DNA of 57,017 nucleotides, the filler included, from Catajapyx aquilonaris (taxonomy: Eukaryota), in the NCBI GenBank assembly GCA_000934665.2. It is 3 parts of 3 records of this genome, joined end to end, with 100 filler letters (N's around TTAATTAATTAA, not from the genome) between each part and the next. Parts side by side here need not be neighbours in the genome. Positions count along the whole stretch, not along the records: positions 38,089 to 57,017 come from JYFJ02006567.1; 2 more parts are not named here. The stretch is one strand, 5' to 3'. The translations under genes were made by a program, and so were the position numbers. Positions within the stretch are counted from its first letter, which is position 1. Each line of letters begins with the position of its first letter. The notes below the pieces were generated by a model. That model searched no databases. It worked only from the letters and a program-made list of their open reading frames with translations, and had not been told where the DNA came from. Shown here piece by piece: positions 38,089 to 51,639 of the stretch.

Positions 38089-41000
38089 GAGAAGTTATGG
38101 GAGTTGGTAGTGCGCACCGAGTCTGTAATTTCCCATGTAAAAGTCAGTTGATAGGGATTGCCTTCACTGACATGAACAGAAAAAAAGGACTCCTTTGTTT
38201 TTTTAACAATTACGTGCACTTGGACGGATTCAATAAATGAAAAGGTAAAGTCAATATAATTATTCATCCTCTTGATAGACCAGTAATTACAGCCTTTTTG
38301 CTTATAATTCCAACTTTTACAAACTAATCAAGCCAAAAGATGTAACTTAATATTTCAATAGCGCATTATTTTTTTAAAGTCCAAGACCTGTGTACAGTAT
38401 GCTCATTCGTCCAACTTGTAAGAAAACAACTTTGAGAAACTTATTCCTAGCTGAGTATATGGCCAAAAGCGAAAAATCCTCCCGCTGTTTTTCTTTCTTC
38501 AAAATAATTACTCAGACTTGAAGTTTTACTTTCACAGTCCAGCATCCCGGAGAGGGGAAAAAATAAAACCTTAAGATCTTTTCCTCCAAAAGTTATACGA
38601 ACTTAATTAATTGCACGGAATTCCCTCCATTGCATTGGTAACATAATGTCTGCAGTGCGGAATTATACTGTACATAAATATACATACATTTAGCACACAG
38701 GTAGGGAGAGATTATAGCCAAAAATTAAATTTCAAATTAAATTCTTACGCAGTTTAAAATTTTTAAAACACTGTAATGCTCTCAATTACTCGCGCTTAAA
38801 TAAGTTATATCGTTTGCGTACAGTTTTTAGGCGGATTTTTAAACAGTGGCCTTCGAATGTTAACGAGACTTGAGCCTTGATTGCACGCCCCAAGTTCACA
38901 TACAAATACGGCATGTTTGAAAATGGAAATGGAAAACTCTAAGATTAGATTCGTCCCATCTAAAGTAGGGGAAAGCAACAAAAAACATGAAAGTAGCTTT
39001 GTCTGGATCTTTGACTTTATCGAACATTCAACGACAATGGTTCCCAACGAAAATAAAAAGGAAGGGAAAAAAGTGGGATTGGAGAGGAGCGAAGAAGACA
39101 AAAAAGAGCCTCATTTCATAGCCTCAGCTCATTTCTATATATACGCAAGAAAAGGAAACGAAATGGAATTGTGTTCCTGTCCGAATAAATCGGCCATATT
39201 TGTCAGCCAGATGGAATATATCCAACAGGACCTTTAAAAGTAAGAGGAATGCAATTCATAGCTTCCCTGCAAAAAAGTCAAAAAATACAAAAAAAAAGAA
39301 GTCGAACAGCTCGAGATGCAATTCCCGGAGGCAAAGTCGGAAGGCCCCGGGTTTTGCGGTGCGCCTCAAGTTGTGGCAAAGTGTGGTAAGGTGTGATAAG
39401 CTTTATCAAGTACTATCATTCTTTAGCGCCTTGAAGAAAGGTGCCGGCGCACGTCCAGGAACGTGCTGTGAGAGGTCGTGGAAGGTGGGGGAAGGAAAAG
39501 CCCTAGAAAAGCGAAATTAGGCTGGTGAATAGCACCGTAAATCATTGGGCGGAAAACGGGGTTAGGAAAAGCGACAGCCATTATCGAACCTCGTTTCTTA
39601 ATTTCGTTTACATTTGCCGCCATTAATTAAGCTCCAAGTTTTTTTCGCCTCAAAAAATAGGACAGCGAAATTTTTTTTATCAATCTGAATTTTTTGGCCG
39701 GATTTTGCGCAGACATGAAATGCAGTGCGGATAAAATTTCATGAGGTGATATGCTGATTGGCAGTGAAAAAAAGTGCTCACTAAATAGTTCGCACGGGGC
39801 CTGCAAAAATGGGGGAAATTGGAACATACCGAAAATAGTTTGTGTACCGCCCTTCTCAGATTGCAGGCTGAGCTCAAGTTTTGTGATTGGCTTCGAAAAT
39901 GGCTGTAATTGAGCAGCCGTTCGTCATCCCCTGCCCTTTCTCACTCTACCCACCCAACCTCCCACCTACAACAAAAATGCAAGTCGAGCGAAAAAGTTGG
40001 CCAACTCTCTAGCAGATTGTCAAGTGGGGAACAACTAATGACACAGAGCACTGCCGCCCAAGCACAGCCGTGAATTTTCGACTCCTTTGGTCCGTCCCTT
40101 TTAAAATCTCCAAAAAAATTCGAGCAGTGTAATACTAATGACTGTGTTTGTACTCCAAGGATTTTTCCGATGTAAGCTGCCAGTTGCAACCATTTTGTGG
40201 GGAAAACCGCTCGAAACCCGAAACTTTGCTACCCACAAAACGATTTATCCGGACCACCAAACTAAACTGTATGTAGCCCTGTAAATTGTTTGTCAAGGTT
40301 CGATACTGATCTCCGATTCGTGCTATACCTCCAGGGAACTCGAAGGGAGCGGCGAAGAAGGAATTTTTTGACAAGAATCAGGAAACAAGGTGAGACACTT
40401 TTTGGCAGCAATTCGACAGAAATTAATTACATGTTTTCGACTTGAATGAACCAACAACATGGATCGATTTTTAAAAAAAAAATATGATGAAAATTTTATC
40501 ACAATGTATCGTTCCATTGTGATAATTTCTCCTTGAAATGTTGCTCATTAATTCACGCTTATTTGCCTAACGCTTTTCTAATGGACTAGTGGCTCGAAAA
40601 TTAGCTTCCTCCTGATTGAAAATCAAGGGAGGGAAAGGCGTCAGATTGCGTTATGGTGAGATGTGCAAAAAAATAATACTGTATATATACTGCGCAAAAT
40701 CAGGGTGATGTATGCAAAATTGGTGCAACCATTTGCGGCTCCCATAAAATGGGCGCGACCTTGAGTAATCAAGCAGACAACCTCCACTTGTTAAAAGGGA
40801 CCTAATAGGGTTGGACACGGATAATCATGCAGTTGATTGTTGAAATTTTCGGCGGGGGCAAAACCAGGGTTCTGAAACCTATTATGATGCCAGCAACGGC
40901 ATGCAAATGACCACTTCCAACATCGAGCAAAACGCTAATTTTCCAAACCCACGCTAATTCTTTTACCTGGGAAAACCCAGTTTTGCAACTGGTCACAGAA

Positions 41001-41428
41001 ATAGATTAAAACTACTCACCAGCCTCGATGAAATTTTCCGTTGTCTTGACAATTAAATGATTGGGGTGTCGGTCCAGCATCACACTATACAATATACATA
41101 TTTTCATCATCATCATCTTGAGGGTTGGGTAGCACCACCGGAGATTACCTAGCACTTGAGCAGTCAAGGTCTCAGAAGGAGAACAAATAAAAACAGGGTG
41201 TCTCATTTTTTTAAAACATCCAGCAGCAGCATTTCAGCAGCAGAACAGCAACAACCACCAGGTTTTAAGGAAGGGGGTACAAACAAGAAAAGTTGAGGAG
41301 GATTTTCAGGATTGTTGAACGGAACAGGAGAAAGAGAGGAGAGGAAGGAGGGACACACCAGCACTGAGCACAACAGGAAAATACCACACTTGTGTCCACT
41401 GGTGGGATCAGTACTGGAGCAGCGGTCG

Positions 41429-44400
41429 TTATGAGCTCAGGAGGAACAAGCAGACGCAGAAAATGAGGCAGAAGAGTATCGAAGGGCGATGCGGTGACTG
41501 TCCGCCATGCTGCATGGCCGCCGGGTGCTCGCCTGAAACCAAAGACACCAACACTGGACATTACCATGACGCGTTTACTTCGTTGCCTCCAGGTTGCCGT
41601 ACGCAACGTGTAAGGACTTAAAACACTCAACATGTGTAGCAATAATTGCTCCCGAAAAAGTGTTGTCAATATATAGCCTTGGACATGTTTTAAGAAAGTT
41701 TCCCATAATTTCATGTGAACTTTCGTGCAGGTCTCCATCTTTGTGGGGCTAAGTAATGGCAAGTTTTGCTTCATAATATGTGGCCAAGTGCAGGTGCGAT
41801 AGTTTGCTCTTGGTAAACTCAATATCGTGGCAGAGAGGAAACTTTGGAGGTGGTAAAAAAAATCCAATACAGTACACCTTTCGCATGAATAAGCTCGGGC
41901 TGTTTAAAATTTTTATGAAATGGCTTGACTGCTTCGGTTTTAAAATTACGGATTAGAGGGAATTAAGACCGCGGTAAAAATGGGATCAAGGACATTGGCT
42001 ATCCAAAATTGTGCAAATGCTCATTTCAATGCTGAAATCGGTTAAACGATGTTAAATTACTTACACTGTACACCAAATACAGTGAAATAATCACATCTAC
42101 ACTGAATTATTGTGACACCTATTAGCTACACAGTTAACAGATAAATCATTGACACCTATTAACTACACAGCAGTTAACAGTGTGTTAATATTTGACACCT
42201 ATACACGGCACTACAGTAAAGGTGCATTCAACTGCAGCTCTGACACAATTTGGCCGTATTTGGCTGCAAAAATTCGCAATCTCGTTACATCCCGCACACA
42301 ACCACTTTTTCACAACTTTTGCCTAAAACCTGCGTGAAAAGCTCTTAAGTCACAAAAACGCAAGCGGTGTGTAAATTCTCCATTACGTTGCTGGGTAAAA
42401 ATCATATTGCCAATTTATTTGCTGTTCGAGCATACCTCCAGCAACCAGCATTCATAAGAGCATCACAGGTGTGAATAATGCGCATTGTTTCCGACTCCAT
42501 TGTTTCCATGAAATAAAAAAATGTGAGTGTGTGTGTGTGTGTGTGTAAAGGAAGTCTGGTGCAGCTTCTCTCGGAGACGAGGTGCAGTGAAAAGGAAACT
42601 GGTACCATCCGCGCCTATACATTCGGAATTGCGCGAAAAAGGAGGAAGGGAAATTCCTCAGTGTCTGGCGGCGAACAGTTGAAGAAGAAAAGGGGGTGGA
42701 AGGAGGGGGGTAGAGGGAAAGAGGGAAGGGGAGGGGAGTCAATCTCGTTTTCCTTTCCCATGCGACGTTGATGGCCTTTTGTCCGCGGAGGGAAATCCCA
42801 GAAAAAGCCTCTCGTCAATTTCACAAAGCGGTGTTATATGCACCGGAGATAAACCGTAAGCTTTCAATGAAACGGAATATTCAAGCCTCTGATAAATGGC
42901 GTTATGGCCAAGACGGCTCTTTTGCCTAGAGAGAGACGGAGAAAGAAGAGGGGGGGACCAAGAAAAAATCACGGCCATTGTCCTCCTCCGCAATGGTTTA
43001 AAAAAAAGGGGAGGCCATCTTTAAATAATTTTTTCTGCTCGCAAGACATAGTTTTGGTAGGGATGGCAGCTTGAAGCAGAATTTAAAACTGGGACATGGC
43101 AGCAGAATCGCCACCGAAGAGATCAATACAGCAGCTGCACAGAGATGGTAGGTACAGAGTGGGTGGGTGGGTGGAGAGAGAGCACACATTCCTCACGCAT
43201 GAATGAAGCTCACAATTCATGCGTTAACTACTGGATAACGTTTCCCTCAGCCGTCTGATTGACAAAGGTTCCTCTCACACTGGACAGAATGTTCCGAGCC
43301 TGGAAACTAAAGTATGCGACACACTGGAAATGGCCAGCCCACTATGAAATGCGCATTCTGGGAACTCCCCGATGCGATGGAGCCATCGCGGGCAGCGTTG
43401 TATAATAAATGTGATTAAGCGGAAAGGCTCATACATGGCCTGATTTTTCAAGGACTTGCTGCTGGATACACCCACAGTGGACACCAAGTTATATTGTTGC
43501 GAATCCATCAGATTAAACTTTCCACTGAGTTTAAAAAACATCGCATGGGAAACCATAAAATAGCATATTTAACACTGTACAGTATGAGAATGACAGCGTG
43601 TGATGGAGAATAAATAGCTATTTTAACAACCCAAATGAGCCGGATATTTTTTTTCAAATGGACGACTTCATCACAGCACTTACGATGGAGTAATGACGTA
43701 ATTGACACCGTCATTAAAGGTGTCGTTAGGCTACATGCAAATGAAACTGGGAGATTCGACACAAGTTTATTCCCTGGAGCAAAATCCCGCTCGAGGCAAT
43801 AAACACGCCTGAAAGTGGTCAACCGCATGAAAGATCACACGAAAAACTCTTTTAAACATTCACGTAATTTTTTTTTCAAAGCTCAAGGCCTTTTTTTGGG
43901 GTCAGCAGTGTTTTAAAAATATGACAACCGTGTGTGCTACACGTGTATTAAAGGGTAGAAGTCTGCCTCACCGTTCAGCACGTGCACTGTGATGCTCTTG
44001 GAGACGGCGTTGGAGGGATTACACGTGTATTTTCCGGAGTCTGTTGGTCTCGCTTTCTGGATGAGGAGGTAGCTGGTGGTGGTCTCGCCCTTTTCTGTGA
44101 TCACGCTAACTCCTCCCCTCGGAGAGTCGTAGCTGATGATCTGTAAAGTGGAGAAAAAAAGAAAGGGGAAAAAAATGAGGTGTCATCAACATGTGCCGAA
44201 ACTCACACAATTGATTGCTGATTAGATCCGGGTCGTTGCTCTCGCTGCCAGGAAATAACCTGGGCTGGAGACGATGCCTAATTTTTTAAACCCTCCCCTG
44301 CGTGCTGGGATAAAGAATTCCACTTAAATGGCGTGGCTCCAGATAATTAACCAGAATCTTAATTTTGGGCGTGTCAAATATCTAAGGAATGAGGGGAAAA

Positions 44401-47400
44401 GGGTACGCCGCCGCCTTATAGCGATTGCATCGTGACGACAAACATCAAACATTTAAATGGCCTACGCCACATTTGAAAATTACAATAATTAAAACAATGT
44501 CGTTATGTAATAAACTATTCAAAAAGTTACTCAGCAAAGCAACTGATGTCGTAGCGACATCATTAGAGTATTTAAAGGCAAATAGACAAACTTGCTAATG
44601 ATTTACAAACTGGCGGACCAGACCTGAATTTCAAAATGAGTCTGTAATATAAATGATTTAATGCAGTATTGACAATATTCGTAATTACAGGTTTATGATG
44701 GTGGGTTGTCACGAGGGGTTCTGCTTTGAGGAACAATGGCAACTGAATACCCCCAATTACAAAGTGATGCCATAAACATGTAGCATGAACCATTAGGGGG
44801 TCTGCTGCGTTCGTTTCGACCCATTTTGTTATTGTTGTGACCTTCTTTTTTGCCTGATGTTTGATGCGCAATTTTGTTCATTTCAGCATTCTGATCTGGT
44901 ACTGGTTTCGTCTCGGAGTGATGCTTTTTATTATTACATTCTAAATTTCTCTGCACAGCATACATTCAGCATGAGCTGCTTTCATTGCATCAATATACAG
45001 CAGGGACTCTATACTTCATTTTGTATACAAATGGTGGTCAGAGCTTGCCCCCATGTGTCAAAGACATGCCCTCGAAAGCAGCCATTTGCCGTCAGTGTAT
45101 GTCCTTACGATGCGTACATAAATTCGGTTTGAAAAGAACACGACCAGAAGAGTGTGGCTCTAATTGTCCGGACACGGTCGTGTCACGGATTAGTCCAGTC
45201 ATGAATGTTGGCAAATTAGACCGAGCAGGAGATCGCGCCAGCCAAATGCACAGGGTTTAGCATTCAGGCCTAAGCTTAATACCCCTTTAGTCAAACCTAC
45301 TTGGAATTAGAGGCACAACTGCCAACGGAGTATTTTTATCCGGCCGTTGGGGATATCAGCCTCGTTTTTTTTAAAGTCCCAGTTGTTTCTCTTTTTTGTT
45401 TCGAGAGACAGGCACAGTTGGTGTATGCGATAGTCTACGTATTTCCTGCATAACCCGAGCGTTCTTTTATTTTAAAACGCAGCATAGTTCGGATAGGGAA
45501 AGACTTTGTGGCTATACAAAAAGGTATAGAATCGATCTGGGCAGTGGAAAAAATAGACGTGGTTGGTTCTGCTGTTTTCATGCGTTTGTAGAGTCAGTAA
45601 AAATCTGGGCTGCTGGAAATGACACAATATTCACAATATTCTTCCACAAAATAATTATCAAAAATCAACCTTAGCGTCATATTCGAGTGGTATTTTACAC
45701 ATTATTTTTAAGTAGGCCATACGTCCCCTGCACAAGTGGGCCAAACTTTAGATGCGTGCATCTCTGTCATAATCCCGTTAAAAGCCGGGCATGACCTCTG
45801 TAAAGTTGTAGCATCAGCCGGGACGTTATAGGGTTTTCTCCCGGGGGCGGGTGATCTTTTATGCACTATATTTTGGCAGTGTACAGTGTACTTTGCCATC
45901 GCCCAGACACCCAGCCACTCTTGAGCTGTGCCCTTTTTCTTCGTCCGTACTGCTCTTGGCTCCAGGAAATACATCAATTTTGATGATGACGCACTCCCTT
46001 GTGGATTAAAATATTTTAAACACCAGCTTTAAATGCCATTTATGTCAATGTCATTGGACGCATTCAATATTTCGAGTAAAAAGGGAAACTCTTGGAACAT
46101 CAGAACTGCAAATAATGATTACGAAATAGCTGGACACGAATCCTTCACATTCGACTCTTTGAATGATAACCGTAATTTTCATAATTATGCCAATATTTTG
46201 CACGTATTTTGCCTGTTAACCTTCATGTCCGGCAATATAAATGGAAATCGTGCTTCTCCATTCTGCAGTATAGGTTAACAACTACAAATAATTATTTTCA
46301 TATAGTCTAAATCAAATAATTCTTTGCTGTGGATAACAAACCTCTCGTTTCCTAACATGTGGCATAATTGTGAGCACTAGAAAACCATGAATATACATCA
46401 TGTACATCTTCGTGGTTTTCTATTGCTCATATGCGTAGGTCTATGTACACTACATAGCCCACAGTATGCATCATGTTATGAAACAAGAGCGTTGTTATTC
46501 ACGGCGAAGCATTTGATTTATATGAAAATTATTCGATTCTAATGCAGGAAATAATGGCAAGATTTCCATTTACATTGCCTGACAGGAAGGTAAAATATGC
46601 AAAAATTTCGATATGAAAATTTACGATTGTCAATGAAAGAGATCGAATGTGCAGGATTCGTGTCCATCTATTTCATAATCTTTACGTGCAGCCACAGTGT
46701 TTACTCGGAATATCGGATGAGTGCTAACTTCAGATGAATCAAGGTACAGACAAAAATGCCCTTTCAAATATATTAAGCTGCAATAGGTTAGAACCCAGGA
46801 ATAATTTTCATATAACTTAAATCAAAACTTTCTCCGTGAATTACAAAACTCTTGTTTTCTAACATACGGATATGAACCCTGAAAAACCATGACGATATTA
46901 TGCAGCTTCCAAAGTGCGAAAGTCCGAAACAAGTTTGCGGACACTTTGGCAGCGTACAGTGTACTTTGCCATCGCAACTCTTGAGCTGTGTCCTCTTTCC
47001 GTCGCCCGCACTGCTCTTAGCTCCAGAAAATATATCAATTTTGCAGCCATCGCCGAGATTAGCCTGCAGGTTTATAGCAAAACATGGAAAGTTTGCGACG
47101 GAAACTGCGCTGCAGCTTGTGTGTATGTGGCAGTATATGAGCCGTGTGTATAGAGAGGTGGCAACCACAAAATCGGCTTAACCCCATGTGCGCTACAATA
47201 TAGATGAGCAGTTTGTGCGTGTGCGTTGGGTTGCTTTTTTTCCAGTCAGGGTCTGGTGCACGTTGGCCTGCTGCTGTGCAATATCTCATTTATGGTATTA
47301 CACTTTTAGCACTATTTTTTTCATCAGCGATGTTATTATTCTGCCAGAAGGTGGAGGCCTGCCCCAACTTTTCTGTAGGAGCTACAAATTTGCAAATCAA

Positions 47401-50400
47401 AATTCATGGAATTTTAAATTATTACGTGGTTTTTTAAAAAATCGTGGTATTGTTTTTTTTTATCCATAACACTTTGCTGAAATTCGATGTTGTTGGAAAA
47501 TACGTGATGTTTTATTTATTGGCACGACTTGCACTAGACGTACTGCAACGCAATAGTATATTCATAATATATTTATGTGTGCTATACAGTTTTGAATGTA
47601 CTGCACAGTGTAAATGGTGTTAATGCCAACGTTAGGTTTTAGGTTTACTGGCAAAAAATCACACGTGTGAGTTGTCATTAATACTTAGGACTCAGTATTT
47701 TAAAGACTGAATTAATAATATCATTGCTTGCAGACGGTTTCAGCCATTTCAGTGGAGAATTCCTGTGAACTGATGCAAGTCCCATTGGTTTACTGGTTTT
47801 CATTGCACGAGAAATCCTGCGTGACACGCCCCAGATTAATGATCGGCTTAGTTCTCGGGGCGCTGGTTTCCAAAGGCGGGCGCTAACCACTACAGTTGTC
47901 CACTGTGTAACCAATAATAAATCATTAATGTGGGTCGGCCTTAATTAAAAATAAATAATTGAGGCGGCCTGCAATTGAGCCAAGTACAGCTGCGCGGATG
48001 TTCAACTTTGTAATCCGCGTGGATTGTGGCGATTAAATTAAACATATCTATTTGTAGTGTGTCAATTTCGATTATGTTCTACCAGTCACATTCAAATTTT
48101 GATAGGAAATTTTAGCCTTCATGATCACAAGCTATGTAACTATGTACGGATAGAAAAATTCGATGCATATTTCATCTCATTAACTTATATCATTCTCTCC
48201 GTATGTTAATTGCATTTTAATTAGTCATGTGAGGCACCTGGTATAAAATTGTGATTCAGAAAGGGACAGGCTTCCAAATATTTCACAAGGTCCAAATAGT
48301 CACATATGATCAAAGCTTCGCACCTGTCATGCCAATATGATAGCTCAATGAACGAGTTCTTTGACCTGTAGATCACACCGTGATATTACAGAGAGAGCTG
48401 TGTACACACACACTAAAACTGACGCAATCCACACGGATCCCGCGTAATTCGCAACTTCGATCAACGCACTTCACACGCACATGAAATGTGACAGCTCAAT
48501 AATTATTTCCTGTCCTCTATCTTGATGCGCGTGAAGGGTCAAGAGCTTTCTCCAGTTGACAAAGGGTTAGAGCACGTTAAGTGACAATTATGTCTGTTCA
48601 TTCCTAGAATTCTGACTGATCCATTTTGCATATCTGTCAGATATCACGTGTCAACGTCATGTCCAGTTATAACATCCGTCTTGAAAGTTTCTTTCAAATT
48701 TGACAGAATTAAAAAATTTATTCTGGTTTGTGACTCTTGCGGAAATTTTGATGCGCAATATCTCTCTCGGATAATTCATTATTTTCTAGTACAATTAGCT
48801 ACAAAAGCACACACATTTCAATATTTCAGAGTTGTCTGCTGCACATGTTGGTGCTCACTGTTCCCCACGGCGAATGGATACAAGCTGAAAGCTCATTATT
48901 TTTCAACCACGTTTATCCTGAAACTTAAGCTCATTGGAGAACTGCAGGCATTACACATCCGCAATTTAATATCGCTAAATGGTAAGTGCCTCAATTACTC
49001 AGTATGCCGACATTAAAACAATTTCATAACAATTCCCACACATGTCGTAAATATCTCACTTTTCTTATACATATGTGGATGAAAAGGTCAGGAGTGAAAA
49101 TAATTATTGTACTGTAGTATAGGAAGAGGAACATTACATAAAAACAAATTGCATGGATGTTGTAACCCACGCAATGCACTGTACACGTGTACATAATTAT
49201 GCTGTACTACAGTATACACACATATTATTCAACTGTAAAAGTCACGTGAGGCACCAGAGAAAGCAAAGCACGGGATGCTGCCTTTTAATGATCCGGCATC
49301 CGGCTTCAACACTTGATGACAAACTCACCAACACATTAGGCCTAATCTGGTTAATTGGAGGGTGAATTAGTCCGATTTGGCCCTGAAGTAGCCAACTGTT
49401 GCAGTGCCCTTCATTTGTTACAGTTGGCCAACATGATGAGAAAGATTCAAGGACATTATCCTGACATGGCAGAGCAACACTTCATGTCGGTCTGTGCAAC
49501 GGGAAGACTCACTCGCAGGATGAAAGCATCTCAAGTGTTGGACAGTCTTGGTTCAAAATCCGGGGTGTACAGGTATATTCAATATTAACTACATTGTTAT
49601 ATTGAACGGTCAAAAATAATGTGCCCTTGTCGGGATCTGCATAAAAGGAGACAGTGGCAGATGCCTGATAACGTGTAATCTGACCAAAGCCAGCAGATTG
49701 TGTAAGAAGGCTGCTATGTACTGTGCACAATGTGACATGTTTAGAGGGATAAAGGTGCAAGACAAAGGGTGAGCTGCGTCTATTGTTGCCATGCTTCGTG
49801 CTAGGAGCATCAAAGAGTGGCTTTCCTTGCCTGTAACAATGCGACTGTCCAGAATGTGGGCTTATTGTGGGTGCATGAAGGCACAGTGCATACTCATTAA
49901 GAGCAATTATTTAGGAAATGGTGGCCAGAAAATGTGTGAGATTAATGAAATAGACATGAAGTTGAGTTAGTATCTTAATTCTCAATTTACTCCACCTGAC
50001 ACATCTACTAAATCTACAATGGAGAAATGAACTTGCACTAGTTCATGACATTACTCATTATTTATCAGTGTGTAGTAGCAAATAATACACAATATGAATG
50101 ACGTTTTATAACGCCAAAATCACAGCGTGTAACGCCACAGTTTTTAGCAGCTACCCATCATTTTTGTGACATGAAAAAACATGTGCGATAGAAAATCTGA
50201 CAGCTAAAATGGCATTTAAAGAGATGCTAATTATTGGATTGTCAACCACTATTTTGAAGGTGATTTACAAACGATCGGTGGATTTCAAAATCAAAATATG
50301 ACTTTCATGGGACGCCAGGTTTTATAATTGGCCACTTTATAAACTGACTCTATTAACTGTATTTAAAAAATATCTTATACATTTTGTGCAATAAGATAGC

Positions 50401-51639
50401 CTGTGACTCGACAAAGAGTGTCAAGGCTACGTATTATGTTTACTGGTGTCCAAAGCATATAAATTTTGCTTTGTATGGTAATAATTTGGATATTGGTGCT
50501 TATAATATTATTTTATTTAAATATAAAATGCTGTTATTTACAACTATAACGGTTTAATATCAAATCAGACCAAACTGCAGCATCGTAACAGCAGTGAGCA
50601 ATATTTAAAAAACACAAACGGCAACCAAATCGTAATTGTCTCGTGATTTTCTCATTGATTTCCGTTGCTGATCCGATAATGAATCGTGCTTTTTATTAAA
50701 CAAAACCTGTAAATCTGGCCTCCAGCACCAAAAATAACGCTCCCCTACACAAAGCCACATTTGTAACTCATTTCGACAACCCGGAATTGGGAAAGAAAAA
50801 GCCCTCGCAGGGTCTATCAATACCTTCCCTCCCTACCACAAACAAACAGCATTGTACAAAGTGGCCCGCATTCACTGCCAGCCGTGATTAGTACATGAAA
50901 GAAAACCCGGTGTGCTACACCACCCCAACCGATCAATTACCACAGAAAATAAATCGACCAATTGTGAAACACACACACACACAAAAGTGCTGGAGCAACC
51001 ACTCATTTGCCATAGTTCCCTATAGAGAAGAAAAAAGAGACGTTTCGCTTCTCCCCCGTTAGGGAAAGGCAAGAAAAGTGGAAGCCTAATCGGATCCGCC
51101 GGAATTGACTCTTCGTTCCGGTTCTTATCCCCGGTTTTTTTCTGTATCAACGAAGGCTGGAGTTTTTGGGTGCGCCTTTAAAAAAAACTGTGTGGTTGAA
51201 CTTATCCCCCATCTCGCATTTCGCCATCGTCTAAAGGTAGGGTAGGTGCAATGAAATGGGCGGCGTGGGACTTCTCCTCCTTTCCAAGTCTTGTAAACTC
51301 GTTTCCTGTATGAATAACCGAGGTGCTGGGAAAGGGGGGGGGGGATCATGGCAAAAGCTCCGGATCATAAGTGGTGGGGACCCATAATACGGAAATTTGG
51401 TCTCCAAGATTATACGCAGCAGGATGTTGCCAGATTTACTGAATCTGACTCACCCTGTAACACCTATTTTTTTCCTCTCAAAAGAGCTGATGTGATGTAT
51501 GGAGTACTCACCGCATCGTTATGATTCCAGAAGATGTAGGCCGGCGGCTCCGGGCTGAACCTCACGACACAGGTGAGATTGATGGTGCTCCCTCGGTCTA
51601 TATACAAATCAGGGCCGCCTATTATTTCTGTGGTGGGTT
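41429..51639 (-). CDS. dpr9: Dpr-family (defective proboscis extension response, dpr9-like) Ig cell-surface protein; last three exons only, upstream exons not found in window
   Basis: Exons 51639-51512 (EPTTEIIGGPDLYIDRGSTINLTCVVRFSPEPPAYIFWNHNDA), 44140-43972 (IISYDSPRGGVSVITEKGETTTSYLLIQKARPTDSGKYTCNPSNAVSKSITVHVLN) and 41532-41429 (GEHPAAMQHGG...ILFCLIFCVCLFLLSS*). Phases are consistent. Second Ig domain plus a GPI-signal-like hydrophobic tail. Family is secure; the paralogue number is less so. Confidence 0.85.
45871..47044 (+). repeat. Dispersed direct repeat pair (~100-110 bp) at about 45871-45982 and 46943-47044 in a dpr intron
   Basis: Both read TTTGGCAGyGTACAGTGTACTTTGCCATCGC...ACTCTTGAGCTGTG...ACTGCTCTTrGCTCCAG.AAATAyATCAATTTTG. 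Confidence 0.8.
46371..46429. repeat. 59-nt stem-loop
   Basis: TGAGCACTAGAAAACCATGAA pairs with TTCGTGGTTTTCTATTGCTCA (19/21). Confidence 0.6.

Noticed and set aside
41265..41867. 200-aa minus-strand ORF
   Set aside because: Overlaps the terminal dpr exon in a different frame; no domain signature.
42110..42205. Three spaced TGACACCTAT motifs resembling a repeat-spacer array
   Set aside because: Degenerate tandem duplication in a eukaryotic intron with related spacers; not CRISPR-like.
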